This document shows positions 63,309-64,000 of a stretch of 64,000 nt of DNA, piece by piece. The stretch spans positions 1,184,001 through 1,248,000 of the forward strand of contig CP086569.2 of the NCBI GenBank assembly GCA_009914755.4, read 5' to 3'. The translations under genes were made by a program, and so were the position numbers. Position 1 is the first letter of the stretch. Every line of letters begins with the position of its first letter. The notes under the pieces are model-generated. The model searched no databases. It saw only the letters and a program-made list of their open reading frames with translations, and was not told the DNA's origin. The DNA is from the human T2T-CHM13v2.0 reference genome, Homo sapiens.

Positions 63309-64000
63309 TGAACTCCCGACCTCAGGTGATTCACCTGCCTCACCATCCCAAAGTGCTGGGATTACAGAGGTAAACCACTGAGCCCAACTGGAACTGTGAT
63401 TTTGATAGTACCCACAAGGCAGGATTCTCTTAAAAACAGCTATGCCACCATGTATTATTGTCTATGAAGTTATCTCCAACACTCAGCTTGCTGAGAGCCT
63501 CAGCATTTCAAGATTGTGCAGGACTGGCCAGGCACAGTGACTCATGCCTGTCATCCCAGCACTTTGGGAGGCCGAGGCGGGCGGATCATGAGGTCAGGAG
63601 ATTGAGACCAGCCTGGCTGACACGGTGAAACCCTTGTCTCTACTAAATACACAAAAAAAATTACCGGGCTGTGGTGGCAGGCGCCTGTAGTCCCAGCTAC
63701 TCAGGAGGCTGAGGCAGAGAATGGCGTGAACCCGGGAGGTGGAGCTTGCAGTGAGCTGAGATTGCGCCACAGCACTCCAGCCTGGGTGACAGAGTGAGAC
63801 TCTCTCTCAAAAACAAAAAAACAAAATTAGCCGGGCATGGTGGCGGGCACCTGTAATCCCAGCTACGTGGGAAGCTGAGGCAGAATGGCTTGAACCTCGG
63901 AGATGGAAGTAGCGTTGAGCCGTTACCACACCATTGCAGTCCTGCCTGGGTGACAAGAGACTCCATCTCAAAGAAAAAAAAAAATCAAGGAGTAAACTTG

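Overview
This window is primate (human-type) nuclear DNA, not a prokaryotic locus. It is Alu-saturated, GC-rich and loaded with mini- and macrosatellites. From the protein it encodes, it is the pseudoautosomal (PAR1, Xp22.33/Yp11) interleukin-3 receptor alpha gene IL3RA (CD123), complete on the + strand. A putative non-coding exon 1 with a TATA-like and CCAAT motif lies at ~17.5 kb. Coding exons 2-12 run from 22,528 to 62,239 and splice to a 1,137-nt, 378-aa ORF whose translation matches IL3RA from the signal peptide MVLLWLTLLLIALPCLLQTKE to the C-terminus ...VVWEAGKAGLEECLVTEVQVVQKT. The first ~17 kb is intergenic, upstream of IL3RA (CSF2RA side). The last ~1.5 kb is 3' flank and does not reach SLC25A6. 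I found no second gene, no RNA gene and no 'novel system'. The interesting biology is structural. By my coordinates about 18 kb (~29%) of the window is tandem arrays that dominate several IL3RA introns. (1) A 2.65-kb 9-bp G-quadruplex-motif minisatellite begins exactly at the exon 9 splice donor. (2) A 7.4-kb macrosatellite of ~31 x 234-bp units is derived from the 3' end of an MLT1-type MaLR LTR and has a 12-unit higher-order periodicity. (3) A 1.3-kb CATCATGGGT-type minisatellite plus a 1.1-kb GA tract fill two-thirds of intron 6. (4) About 2.3 kb of CT-rich blocks, including a 24-bp tandem, lie in intron 8. (5) A 122-bp segment of an L1M 3' end is amplified 9x in intron 1. Several families of tandemly amplified Alu-plus-junction modules, some in inverted orientation, and a zero-spacer inverted Alu palindrome are also present. 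All long ORFs in the six-frame track other than the IL3RA exons are periodicity artefacts of these repeats. Coordinates of repeats and Alus are read by eye and approximate (+/- ~10 bp). Exon boundaries were counted base by base.
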